DNA of 64,000 bases from Macrostomum lignano (taxonomy: Eukaryota): assembly GCA_002269645.1 (NCBI GenBank), contig NIVC01000033.1, forward strand, positions 609,335 to 673,334. The letters run 5' to 3'. A program made the position numbers and the translations under genes. Shown here one piece after another: positions 34,189 to 46,209 of this stretch. Position 1 is the stretch's first letter; the number at the start of each line of letters is the position of its first letter. The notes below the pieces were generated by a model. It ran no database searches. It was not told the DNA's origin and saw only the letters and a program-made list of their open reading frames with translations.

Positions 34189-36196
34189 ATGTCTGAGCAA
34201 CCGGAAGATCAAAATGGCAACGACGAATCGAATGGCGAAGAAATCAATACTGTCGCTATGACTGAATCGAATGACTCAGCAGGCGCAAGAGCCAAAGTGA
34301 AGATCAATGGTATTGAGAGTACAGTGCTCATTGACTCCGGATCTTCAGCAAGTTTGATAAGTATGAAATCGTGGGAGTCAGTGAAGTCAAAGTGTTATGT
34401 TTTCTCAGGTTACTTCAAGATGCTTAAGACGTTAGTTATTAGTGCTGATATCCTAGCAGACGTTTACGCTGCTACAAGGTTCTTAGTCTTGCTCTTATTT
34501 CCCTTTATTTCACATTCTCACAGCGGGCTTTTAACCCAAGCCTGTTTTGCAGCTTCATTTAGTCCATAGATAAAACAAAACGCGTCAAACTGCATATGCA
34601 ATTAAAATAATATCAATATTATAGTCACGTCATATCACAAAGGATACCGTCCTAAACAGATCAGAAAAGCCGAGACTAAGTGCCTACATGTCGAAAAAGG
34701 CACTGGAAGTCTTGGGAACGACAACACTGGTTGTGATGGCTGGAGACTCAATGAAGCGAATCAAATTTATTGTAACATGCGGTATCAACGCTGAGACAAT
34801 ACTCGGATGTCAAGACAGCATCGATTTGAATTTGCTGCAGATAATGATCAATCAGATTGAGAAGAAGAACGAAGAAATCGAACGAATTCTGAAAGATCAT
34901 CAGGAGGTATTTCAGGGAGTTGGTAGATTGACCACGCAGCCAGAAGTAACCATTGCTCTAAAGGAAGGAAGCACGCCGATATCACAATTGATAACAAGAG
35001 TAGCTGCCCATCTCAGAGAAGCAATCCTACAAGAACTGGAAGAGCAGGAAAACTCAGGAATCATAGAGAAAGTTGATGGTCCCAGTGCATGGCTTTCGCG
35101 GCTAGTTGTCGCCCCAAAAGGAAAGACTGGTAAGGTACGACTGACCGTTGACTTACGAAACTTCAACGAGGCAACGGAAAAGCTACAATTTCCTATCCCA
35201 TCTCTGGATGATCAGCTCACCAATATGGGAGAAGCAAGCTGCTTCAGCTACATTGATGGCAAGAAAATGTCCCATCAAATTGAACTGGACAGTGAATCTA
35301 GACATCTGACAACGTTCTCAACAGGAATCCCTGTACAACCGCTATACAGGTACAAACGATTGCTGATGGGTTGGGCCAACTCATCATTCTATCTTCAAGC
35401 TTAGATGACAAAATTTTTGGCTAGTTTACAAAGGCTACTAAATATTCAGGATGATATAATTGTGTATGGAAAGGACGTCATGGAACACAACAACAGGCTA
35501 AAGCAGGTCTTAGCAAGGCTCGTGGAGAACGGCATGACCGTTGGAAAGGAAAAATGCAAATTTGGAATGAGTAAAGCTACTTTTATGGGATTTATTCTAA
35601 CCGAGAGGGGAATAACCATCCACGAGAAGAAAACGGAAGCTATTCAAATGTTCAAACCACCGTGCAATCCAAGTGAAGTTAAATCGTTTCTTGGTCTAGC
35701 ACAATTTGTTGCTCGATTCGTACCAAACCTAGCAACCTTGTCGAAGCCTCTGAATGACCTCACAAAGAAAGGAAAGTCCTGGGAATGGGGTCCAGAACAA
35801 GAAACTTCTTTCAACAGCATCAAAGCAGCGATTAGCTCAATGGAAACGCTCGCGTACTTTGGCACAGTGCGAGAAACACAGCTGCGAGTAGACGCTAGTC
35901 CTGTCGGTCTTGGTGCGATCTTGGTTCAGCGGCAGAAAGATGGAAATCTACAGCCAGTTTGCTATGCCAGTAGAACTCTCACAGACATGGAGACTCGATA
36001 CAGTCAAATCGAGCGAGAAGCATTGGCAATTAAATAGGGATGCAAGAAATTTTCTCCCTTTCTCAAAGGAGCAGCCGAATTTACGGTAATAACAGATCAT
36101 AAACCACTACTTGGATGTTTTGCATCAAACTCAAAACCACCACCAAGAATTAAACGTTGGGCAATGAGGTTGCAGCCATTCAACTTTAAGATAAAA
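34189..36196 (+). pseudogene. Gypsy protease-RT-RNase H, broken by a 245-bp insertion and stop codons
   Basis: VLIDSGSS (aspartic protease); VRLTVDLRNFN...YKRLLMG...NIQDDIIVYG (RT); VDASPVGLGAIL...YASRTL...YSQIEREALAI...TDHKPL...RIKRWAMRLQPFNF (RNase H); TAG stops at 35402-35404 and 36035-36037. Confidence 0.88.
34393..34637. mobile_element. Solo LTR of an unrelated retroelement inserted in the Gypsy protease region
   Basis: Starts tgttatg, ends catatca (TG...CA short inverted ends); perfect 5-bp TSD CAAAG (34388-34392, 34638-34642); removing it restores the reading frame VKSK-DTVLNRSEKPRLSAYMSKK. Confidence 0.85.
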
Positions 36197-38815
36197 CGAG
36201 GCCAACTCCTCCGTTGGCGGAGTAAGGGGATAGAACTCCCATCGCCAGAATTTCATTCCCTGAAATCCATCAGCTGAATCCAATGACACGAATCCCATCG
36301 TCCAAATCCTCTCCAAATCCTCTATTAACCCCCAAATATCATGTTGTTTTACCTGTTTGCAAAAATTGACTGCCTGCCATTGTCCAGATTGAGACTCTCG
36401 TCTGTCCCTCTCTCCTCTTTGCTCTCTCATCTCTAATCTCTCCTATCTCCTCTCTGCTCTCATCTGCTCGTTTATCAATCATTTCTCATCTCATCTCTTA
36501 TCTCTCATCTCTACTCTCTTATCTCTCCTTTCTGCACTCTCATATCTACTCTCTTCTTTCTCCTCTACTTTTTCCTCTCTTCTCTTTTATCTCTTCACTC
36601 TCCTCTCTGCTCTCTCATCTTTCTACTTTCTCCCCTCTCCTCTCTCCCTTATACTCTCGCTTCTCTCTCCTCTCTCCCCTAATCTTGACTCTTTTATCTC
36701 TTCTCTCTCGTCTTTTGGCTCTACTCCCTCCAGTCTCCTCTTTCTCCTCTCTTACCCCCTCTCCTCTCTCCTCTCAATTCCCTCATCTCTTCTCTCGCCT
36801 TTATTCTCTTTTTCTTTTCTCTAATCTGTCCCTTTTGATTCTCTCTTTTCATGTTCTCTTTCATCTAATCTTTTATCCACTCTTTCCTTTTCTCTTTTCT
36901 CTATTCCCTTTCATTTAGCCATTTCATCCTCTCTATGAAACAGATATCATCAAAATCATCTCCGTTAAATGCAATCCAGCGTGTATCATCTCCTTCAAGC
37001 TACAATCCATCAATTAAAAGAATATTATCTCTATCAAAGTTCAGTCACTCAAGACTATGAAACTGAAGTCTATAAAATATGCTTTTTACTTGTCTGGGTG
37101 TACGTCAAAAAATTTAAATAATCCTCCATAAAACCTCTGAAATATCATAGCATGTTTTCCCTGTTCGCAAAAATTGACTGCCAGGTCCAGACTGAGACTC
37201 TCTCCTGTCTCCTCTCTCCTCTTTGCTCCTTTATCTAATCTCTTCTCTCTGCTCTCATCTGCTCTCTCATCTCTACTCTTACTTTCTTATCAATCACCTC
37301 CCATCTCTCATCTCTCCTCTCTGCGCTCTTATCTCTTTTTTCTTATCTTTATTCTCTCATCTTTCCCCTTTGCTCTCTCATTTCTTTTCTCATCTCTCTC
37401 CTGAGTCCTCTCTCTCTTCTCTTCTCGCTTCTCTCTCTCCCGTCTTCTCTCCTGTCTTCTCTCAATTCTCTCTTATCTCTCCTCTTCTCTTCCATCTCTC
37501 ATCTCTACTCGCTTATCTATCGCCTCTCCTCTACCCTGCCCTCTCTCTCTCTTCTCTTTTCTCTCTCGTCTCTTCTCTCTGCTCTCATTTCTCATACTCC
37601 TATTTTCTCTCTTACCCTCTCCTTATTCATCTCTCATCTTTCCCCTCTCCTCTCTACCGTCTCCTGTCTCATCTCTCTTCTCTCTTCTCTCTCCTCTGTA
37701 CTCTCTTATCCCTCTCTCTCCTCCCATCTTTCCTGCCTCCTTTGCTCTCTCATTTTTCCTCTCTCCCCTCCTTTCTTCCCTCTACATTCTCTTCTCTTCG
37801 CTCTCCCTCTTCATCATTCCCGCCTCACTCCCCTCTTCTCTCCCCTCTGTCGTCGACTCGTCTTTAATCTCACAGCTCTCATATCTACTGTCTTTTCTAT
37901 CATCTTTCTATCCTCTCTTCTCCTTGAAATCTCTTCTCTCTACTCTCTTATCTGACGGACTGAAAGCGCCGATAATCAAACCAATTGAAATTTATCACCC
38001 GCCTCCTCCATTACTGAAATTACTCAAATGATAGCTGGCTTGAATTTGTGTACGCAACCTTCCCCCCCCCAACTACAATCTTGGCAGAAAGTTTAAAAGT
38101 ATGGAAATCGTTTTTTCAATGCTGTGCTTTTTGTTTTCATATTTAAAACAAATAACTTATATCCCCAAACTCAGCGTTGCAAGATCTTTCCAGCAATACA
38201 AATTCTCTCCTCTCAAAGCTTAAAACTCAAGGAACAGTTAGCGTTTGAACTTCCCGCTCGCAAGTTTATTCATTGAATTTAGCTGCCCAGCTAATACACA
38301 GCCTTTTGAAAGACGCCGATAATAAAACCAATTGAATCTCGACACAGTCCTTATCTATCTGTTTACACAGTACATTGCTATGTACACTCAGCCCAAACCA
38401 ACCCCCCCCCCTATTCCGGGGGAATCATTAAATTTTACTGCACCCCCAACACGCGGGGGTTTTATTAGCATTGAACCCAGAACACGCGGCGTCACCCACC
38501 CCTCCAAAACACAGCGACCCGCGGGAGGAGGTTGGGGTGGTTGTTTTTACAATTATGCCACTACCCCTCCACTGGAGAGGCAATGTGGCCAAAGAAGGTT
38601 AAGAAAACAGTTTTCTGCTTTTTTAACAGACTTAATTTTGAAAATTTCAACATTAAAATAGCCTATTTGTTGCGTAGGAAAATTCTGCATTGATATATAT
38701 AAGTCCCGCATTTGAGTTGCCAGCCGTTTAGGAGGAGATACGCGTTAAACCCGGCCGGTCGATCGATCCACTCAGCTTTAGATATAACGATCCACTCAGC
38801 TTTAGATATAAGAGA
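36197..38815. other. ~2.6 kb unidentified insertion in Gypsy RNase H containing two diverged modules, each followed by a long degenerate (CT)-rich tract
   Basis: The pol frame stops at FNFKIK and resumes at YEPG; shared header gcaaaaattgactgcc...ccaga(t/c)tgagactct at ~36358 and ~37166; boundaries uncertain by a few bases. Confidence 0.65.
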
Positions 38816-39912
38816 GATATGAACCAGGTGACACCAACAAGGCAGATATTTTGTCGAGACAACCGGAAAAAACACCAAACGACACACTCTGCAATTGATG
38901 CAACATCGCATTCATTAACAGCAAACTTGAAGGTGCAGTCAGCACAGCTCTAAGCTTAGAGCAGATCTGAAAATATTCTGCGATTGCTGATAAAATTGTC
39001 GAGGCACTGGAATCAATAGTATCAGGAACATGGAAAAAGCACAACAAACTGTTTGCAGAAAGAAATAAACTATCGGAGCAGAATGGAATTCTCCTGTACA
39101 AAGACCGCATTGTCTTGCTGAAGAGTCTGCGACAAAAAGCTCTGTTAATTGCCCATGAAGGACATCAAAGCATTTCCAAAGCCAAAGAACGACTGCGAAG
39201 TACCATTTTTTGGCCCGGTATAAGCAAAGATGTGAAGATCTTTTTCAAGAAATACAATATGTGCATCCACACAACGAAAAAAGGAAGTTGGATCCCAATT
39301 GTGCCAATGGAAATTCCATATAAGCTGTGGGAAAAAGTGGCAATGGAATTCAAAGGACCACTTTTGAATGATAGCAACCTGCTAGTTTTCATCGACTACC
39401 ACTCGAGATTTCCTCTAGTGTTCATCATGAAGCGCACAGAAGTGAGCAACATAGTGCGAATTTTAAAGAAAGTGATTTCACTATATGGATCAATGAAAGA
39501 ACTCGTCTTAGACAATGGAACAAATTTCTGTTCAAAAGTTGTTGACAAATACCTAAACAGTCAAGGCTTCATTCACTCATGGATAATTCCGCCTCACCCA
39601 GCAGCAAATGGGGAGGTGGAAAGATTCAATGAAACATTGAACAAAGTCATCAGAAGATCCAGAATCTTGAATGGATCAAGTTTTGAAGAGGAATTGCAAA
39701 TCTTTTTGCATGCCTACAGAACAACACCAATGAGAGCAACAGGCATAGCACCAGCAAACCTTTTCTTTCGATGGAGCGCGCGGACAAAACTTCCTCAAAT
39801 GAACAACGAGACAATATATTCTTTGATGAAGCAGAAGATAAAGACGCCAACTACAAAAGAAAAATGTCCAGCTACGCTAATTAGAACGCTCGTGACTGCA
39901 ACATCAAAATAG
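38816..39912 (+). pseudogene. Gypsy RNase H tail and integrase, degenerate
   Basis: YEPGDTNKADILSR resumes after the insertion; AHEGHQ...FWPG (zinc-binding region), LDNGTNF, ANGEVERFNETL; the first catalytic Asp reads Glu (VAMEFKG). Confidence 0.85.
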
Positions 39913-40277
39913 GTGACACAGTAGTGATTGAAAGGGAAGCAAGGAACAAGTAAGATAGTTTTTTTGGTACAAAGCAATACTACATAAGGAAGCGAGTTGG
40001 AGGACTGCTGATCCTGGAGAACAAAAGTGGCACAATCAAGAAGTGCCAAGTTAACAAGGCCAGAAAGATATTCCCAGACTCAGAATCTGACAAGGCTCTG
40101 GTAATATTTTCTGGTGGAGGAGGAATGAGCGACAGTCAGCAAGAAAAGAAAGACGCATCCAAAATAAGACCAGCGTGATCCAAGAACAATGCGTAGAAGT
40201 GGACTCCGACCACAGACTGTACTGAGGAGGCCAATTTGTTTCCCTAAAATGAACTGATTTTACTTAAGGTGGAGGGA

Positions 40278-40402
40278 TGTGGTATCCCCAAACTGACTGT
40301 TCATTTCATTTATCTATGTTTATACCATAGAGTATTTTATTCTTTAAAATACACACGACTGCCAAGAGAAACTTTAGATTGCTTGGCCATACAAACACCA
40401 CA
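40278..40402 (+). repeat. 3' LTR of the Gypsy element
   Basis: Direct repeat of 33159-33283, preceded by a polypurine tract. Confidence 0.95.
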
Positions 40403-41653
40403 GGTCCTATCATGTTTTTGAACTTTAAGCACTTGTAACTTTTGAACTATAATAGATAGAACAAAGCTTTAAAAAGCAGTCTGTGTCAAACTTTTAGTTC
40501 TATTTTTTTACATAGCTGCTTATGAATTCTAAAACAATTGAAACAGCAAAGGCATAAACTTTGCTGATGGTCATTTTGTTTCAAAATTTGTTGTTTATTT
40601 TAATTTTATGATACCAACTTTAATTGATATCTTTCTACTTCTTTGTGTTCAAAATACAAAGTATTTAACTTTTACTTTATAATTAACTGCCCTAAATATT
40701 ATAATTTATATAATCAAGCAAAAATTTTATTTTATTGTTGTGACCTTTTTGGGCCTAATTTCTAGGGCTTAACATCGATATCTATCTATTTACTTTTTAA
40801 TTTTAATGCTAAATATAAATGTATTTTACTTTTACTTAAAGAAGCCATTATTTTTTATTTAATTGTTCTTTTTTAGGTCTATTACAAAGCATATAAGACT
40901 TAACTTTGTAAAAAATAATTATTAAACTTAGTATTTACTATAAGTTGATCTTAGACTTGAAATTTGGATTTATATCATTTAGAGTTTTGAATGCTTATAA
41001 TTCTTCATATAGGCCTAGCTTTGCATTGTAAACCTAAACATTTTCATGCTAGACAAAATGACCCAATTCATAAAAGAAACAATTTTATATAAATATTAGC
41101 AGATAAAAAAGTAAAAAAATGGGGCCTAGTATATCTTCAAAAATATTGTAACTATAATCTGTGACTATCAGTCTTTTAAAATAATTTTTTTAATTTTTGG
41201 CTTTGCATTACTCTTGTCTTAAAACAAGTAAAAATAGAAGGCCAACTACTAGTATTACTTATATGTTGCATAATCTATCAGCTGTATAATAGGCTATACT
41301 ATTAAAGTACAAATATTAAATTTAAATATTAAAAAACCCCTGTCTCATGTGAAATGACAATTTATATCTAATATATGATAATAATAGTAATGAGATCAAT
41401 AATTTACCCTAGTTACAACTTGATATTTGTTTTTTGTAACAAAAGTAAAGCCTTAGCCCTTAGCTTTTTTTAGCCTTTTAGGGTTTTTTAGCCTTTTGAA
41501 ATTGAAAATATCATTAGCAACTGGATTTTTGGCATTAAAGGCCAATCTAGCAATTTTTTGTGCCAGTTGATAATTTTACAAAATGATTTTGTAAATGTAA
41601 TAAAAGTGTAAAGTGCCATACAATTAAATATGTAGGCCTAAGAATGCTCAATT

Positions 41654-41712
41654 AGCGGAATGGGCGCCCACACCTTCCCGCTATGTCCCCTCTGGGACAG
41701 CCCTATAGTTAA
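41654..41712. mobile_element. 59-bp insertion flanked by a 14-bp direct repeat (severely truncated non-LTR retroposon-like)
   Basis: AAGAATGCTCAATT at 41640-41653 and 41713-41726; GC-rich insert in an AT-rich context. Confidence 0.55.
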
Positions 41713-41813
41713 AAGAATGCTCAATTTGAGTTCACGTGCATTTCTATTTTATTCTCTTTCATTCTCTCTGCATTAACCCCCACCCCTATGTATAGTCTTG
41801 CAAAATATATTTT

Positions 41814-42610
41814 GGGCCATTCCATATAATTATGGTCGTAACATGACAGACTATTTTTACTTATAAAATGAAATCTAATAATAGAATATACTAAACCAAT
41901 ATTTTGAATGAAAGATTATTTTGTCAAGAATATGTTTATAAAGTTTCATATAGATATCATCATTAGTATAGATGCTATTAAACCTTGAATGGCACTTATG
42001 GTCGTAACAACAGGATTTTTGACATATAGAAACTAAAAGGTAAAAGTCTTATACCATTTTTCATTTTTTATATTTTGCAATATTTTTTTTTTCAAATTTG
42101 ACTAAGAACATCTTTAGAAGTCATACTCTTTTATTAGAATATATACCAGTAAACTCAAAAAGGCAACAAAAATACAAAAGAAAAGGCAGCCTTATGGTTG
42201 TAACATTATGGTCATAACATAATTTTTTCTGTCAATTCAGTAACTGAAGTACTAATATATTAAAAATATAATGCATTATATGGTTGCTAATGTTTTTATC
42301 TGATGATGCAAGCACTATAATTTTATATATAGTTTGTTTTAACCTTCTAATCTAAAGCTTTCTATTTGTTTTTAAAAGGTACATAAACTTAATGATGTCT
42401 TTTGCTTAGAAAATGTCCAATTTTTACAAAAATAACTTTTTGCCAATTGATAACATACTAATCCAACATTTTATCATTTATTTATTCTTATATTGTTTAC
42501 ATTATATACAAAAAAGATTTGGTAAAAAAAATGGCTGATAAAGCAATGACAAGCAAAAATATTGACTTTTTTCTATTTTCCAATTATGTCCATCTTATAT
42601 GGAATGGGCC
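41814..42610. mobile_element. ~800-bp MITE with 16-bp TIRs and internal ttatgg(t/c)cgtaaca repeats
   Basis: gggccattccatataa...ttatatggaatgggcc (1 mismatch); T-runs on both sides make the TSD length ambiguous. Confidence 0.6.
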
Positions 42611-42620
42611 TTTTTGTTTC

Positions 42621-43261
42621 TAGTGTTCTGCCGTAGCCATAGCTACGGCTACAGGATCCTACAGCAAATATGGTAAAATAGGTGCTTATGGCAGCTACAG
42701 ATACGCCTACAGTAGCTAGCTGCTCTTACGGCTATGGCTATAGAAATATGGTAGTTGCTGTCACATTCCGTAGATTCCCATAGCTATAGTTATTAATGTT
42801 AAAAATTGAAAAACTATTAGAAACAGGTAGAGTAAAACAAATATACTTTTAGTAAAATGTATTATCAACCTAGAAACTTATAAAATATACCTAAAAAAGT
42901 AAAATAAACACTGGCAAATTCTAATTTTTATTAATGTGAAAAACTTTAGCATTAGTACTTTCAATAATGATTAAGTATGGTTGCTCTAAAAAGGACGAAA
43001 TATAATCTCACAAAGACAACTAAGTGTTTCTTTTATTTTCTAATTTAATTTGCAGTTGTTTAAGCACTGGGTTATTTTCTTGATTCAAAATATTTTGTTT
43101 TTTAGACTTTTTGTTAAAACTACAGCTACGGCTACGGGAACTATGGGAATATGGTAATTTTGAGGCCCCTATGGCTATGGACTACAGAGAATTGGAGTAA
43201 GCTGTAGTTTTGCTTATGGCTACAGCTATGGTACATGGACCCTCCTTATGGCAAAACACTA
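42621..43261. mobile_element. hAT-like MITE (641 bp)
   Basis: TAGTGTT(c/t)TGCC termini; 8-bp flanks TTTGTTTC / TTTATTTC; many subterminal ta(c/t)ggcta repeats. Confidence 0.7.
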
Positions 43262-43602
43262 TTTATTTCCAATTGGCTGCAAATGTATAAATAATGAGCT
43301 CTAACTAATAGAGTACTTAGTGCCTACCCTATCCCTGCCAGCAAAATTTGATTGGTTAGGATTTTCTAAGCTACATTTTTCACCCTGCCCTCCCCCAACA
43401 CAATCAGTCTATATATAATCAAGCAAACTGGCATGCAAATAAATCAAGAGTTCTCCAAATAATGAAGTCTCCAGAAATTCAAAATCCAGAATATGTGGCT
43501 ACAAATATCATGGAATTGTTAGTTTTTAATTGTTTATAGCATCAATAGCAATCTTAGAATTAAGAGAACAAATTTCTGCTTTTCAAATGCAGCCTTGGAA
43601 AT

Positions 43603-44319
43603 GGCACATGACCAAGATGGCCATATACCAAGATGGCCACAGCTTTAAGTGTCTAAATAGATAATAATAAGCCTAGGTCTATATATTTCACTTATTTCCT
43701 ATTGTATTGGTAATAATTAGAGAAATAGATGCTAAAAAGATGCTATATTGGAATTGTATTATATTAGGCCCCTATATTATAGTCATTCCTTTGGCTTTAG
43801 CTTTTATTATAGCTTGACCTATATATATAAAAATTAAGATAAATATACAACAAGGCAAGGTATTTATTTTGTGTTAGGCTACTTGCTTGGTGTAGGCCCT
43901 AGTGATTCAATAACACATTTATTTTGTGTTAGGCTACTTGCTTGGTGTAGGCCCTAGTGAATCAAGCAAGTAGCCTAACACAAAATAAATACCTTGCCTT
44001 GTTATATATTTATCTTAATTTTTGTATAGCATTACTAGTAGAAATGGTTTCTTAATAAACAGATAGTGATAGATTTGATAGATGTAATGATAGGGAATAA
44101 ATTGGCAAACACTGAAAAAGATTATAAAGTTTTTGTATTATAGGTAATTAGTTTCAAATCTATTATTGCATTAGTATTTATGAATATGATTGATTAAACA
44201 TAATAATTAATATAACAATGGCTACTATGTTGCTAATTAATTAATGATAAAAAGAGAGCAGAGCCAAAGAGATTCAATGTTGTGGCCATCTTGGTGTATG
44301 GCCATATTGGTCTTATGCC
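43603..44319. mobile_element. TIR element with ~40-bp TIRs and 9-bp TSD-like flanks (Mutator/Merlin-like MITE) containing an internal foldback
   Basis: ggcacatgaccaagatggccatataccaagatggccaca versus the reverse complement of 44281-44319; flanks CTTGGAAAT / CTTGGAAAG. Confidence 0.6.
43831..44022. repeat. ~190-bp hairpin with ~60-bp arms and an internal ~45-bp tandem duplication
   Basis: aaattaagataaatatacaacaaggcaaggtatttattttgtgttaggctacttgcttg is mirrored at 43963-44022; tatttattttgtgttaggctacttgcttggtgtaggccctagtga-type unit occurs twice. Confidence 0.75.
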
Positions 44320-44724
44320 CTTGGAAAGATCCATCTTCAAGAATTTGACCATTGCCAATGCAATAGGCAACTGAAAATAGGCCTAGGCCTAGCCATTGGC
44401 AACTGGATTGCTAACCTCAAAAAACATAGCCCTTAGGCCTATCACAATTTTAATAACACTGACTGATGCCAATGCCAGCAATGGTATAGAAATTAGAAGT
44501 TAAGTTAGCCCTACGCCTTACTATAACTAGGCCTAGTCTAGGCCTAGTGTTTTCTATACTTTAAGACAACTTGGAAAGTGATGAGATTTATCAAATTAAT
44601 TTTATTTAATTTTCAAAAATAACTTTGCTAGGCCTAACTGAACTAATTTTAAAGAAAAACATGGTTATAATAGCCATAGGGCATTAGGCCTATTTCAAGC
44701 CTACAACATCTATCCATGAGGCTC

Positions 44725-44925
44725 TTCATATTGCTTGTTCTGGTTCTAGAACCAGAACCATTTTGTGAAGTATAACTTTTTGTCTCCATAACTAGAGGGA
44801 GATACGTGCTATAAAGTTTATATTATTGAATGACAATCATTACGAAGAAAGTGAAAATTGTGCAAAGTAAGGCTGTTAAGGCAGTCAAACATTCAACAAA
44901 GTTAAATAGTTATACTGCTTTTTTC
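44725..44925. repeat. Dispersed repeat, diverged copy also at ~61590-61875
   Basis: Shared blocks tagaaccagaa, tataactttttgtct, gaatg(a/g)caatcat, aaaattg, caacattcaacaaagtt-like. Confidence 0.6.
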
Positions 44926-45721
44926 TTGGATATCCGAACCGATTCTGGTTCTGGAATCGATTGCCGTGAAGAGGCTCCATGTCAACGTATCTGTTTCCCC
45001 CATAGATATTCGTTTTGATATTCAATTTGATAAAATTCATCACGCAGCAATTAAATTGGCCTATGTGCATTGAAATTAACGCCTACATTTTGTATTCGCG
45101 CTACATTTTAGTAAATTAAAAAAATTGTATTTTCTTCTAAAAATTACTGTAGCTAAGCCATTTACTTACCACAATTATACCGTGCTGCAAATATAATCGT
45201 CATATTTGTTATAAAAACTCTTTCACATTATTATCATATAACAAACAGATTGTTTCACATTAATTGAGGCGAAACCAGTTTCAACCGGAACTGAGTGCGC
45301 GTCACGTTGGTTTGTTCGTAGTTTAGCAACTTAGTACTCATAGACTCTCCTTATATACTCTTGATTTCAATAGTATACCTAATTGTATGTGTAAGTTTAA
45401 TATTTAATGCTAAGTTATTTTACAGGGTTGTTTAGTTATTACAGACTTCAAGTTTTGCATCTTGTAGAGTGATAAATTCTGTACAGGTTGGTGAGAAAAA
45501 AACTACGTTCAACGAAACATTCTAGGAGCACTACTACTAGAAGAAACCAGCGTCGACCAACTATTTTCTGCATGATTTGGCCAGTTTCCCGTCCCTGTAG
45601 TTTTTAGTAGTCTCTGGGTTATCTCTCTGGGTTAGCCGATTCAGTTACACGTGCATGTACATATAATAAGTATACTAAATTGGTTACAATCAATCGGCAG
45701 CGTGTCATATCGACATGCGGC

Positions 45722-46205
45722 GATTATTATTATAGCTGTAGGCACTGGCACAGCTGGGGTCAGCAAAGCACCCGCTGGTGGAAAACAGCTGAGTCCAGCC
45801 TATACTTATACCCAGCGCCTGCAAGTCAGAAAGAAAAGTGTCAATCAGTCAGGGTGGTGCAGAGAGCCTGCATGGCCCCACAGTCCGCGTCTCCCACAGT
45901 GCGGGCTACCAGCAAGTCGGCGAGGGGGGGCCGGCGCACCGTGCGCGGGCACAGGCAGTGGCCGATCAATCTGGGCATCGCCTCAGCAAGGATGCATGTG
46001 GCCCAGCTAGGGCGGCACGCTGGTCCGGGCCACCAGATCGCTCGGCATCGCTCAGGCGCTCGGGGAAACAGGATGCCAAGGGCATTGCGTAGGCCGGCCT
46101 CGATCCAAGCTCGCCTCACGAGTGGCCGCTATGGAAACAGCCTCCAGCCCGTAGGTCAGCCCGTCTCAAGTGCCGAGCAGAAATACGCGGCGACCTTCAG
46201 CCTGT
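45722..46205 (-). mobile_element. Degenerate 3' fragment of an RTE-like non-LTR retrotransposon
   Basis: Frameshifted translation LETG/LTYGLEAVSIAATREASLDR...LRNALGILFP/ERLSDAE...RTSVPP...RLIGHCL resembles the RTE-type post-RT domain (VLLYGCETW...ERISNxELY...RLxGH); short (TAA)n tail at 45722-45733 on the - strand. Confidence 0.5.
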
Positions 46206-46209
46206 CAGG

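Larger units (their letters stand above)
33159..40402 (+). mobile_element. Decayed Ty3/Gypsy LTR retrotransposon (Mag-like), with two internal insertions
   Basis: 125-bp TG...CA LTRs at 33159-33283 and 40278-40402 (6 mismatches); PBS TGGTGGCAGCGGTG at 33285-33298; PPT aaggtggaggga before the 3' LTR; domain order gag-PR-RT-RH-IN; approximate 5-bp TSD (t/g)gtcc. Confidence 0.95.

Noticed and set aside
36685-37867. Leu/Ser-rich ORFs that could be read as membrane proteins
   Set aside because: A C/T-only tract cannot contain stops on the + strand, so long L/S/F/P frames arise by default.
45275-45312. Promoter-like motifs (CCGGAA, CGTCAC)
   Set aside because: Short motifs in isolation; I could not link them to a transcript.
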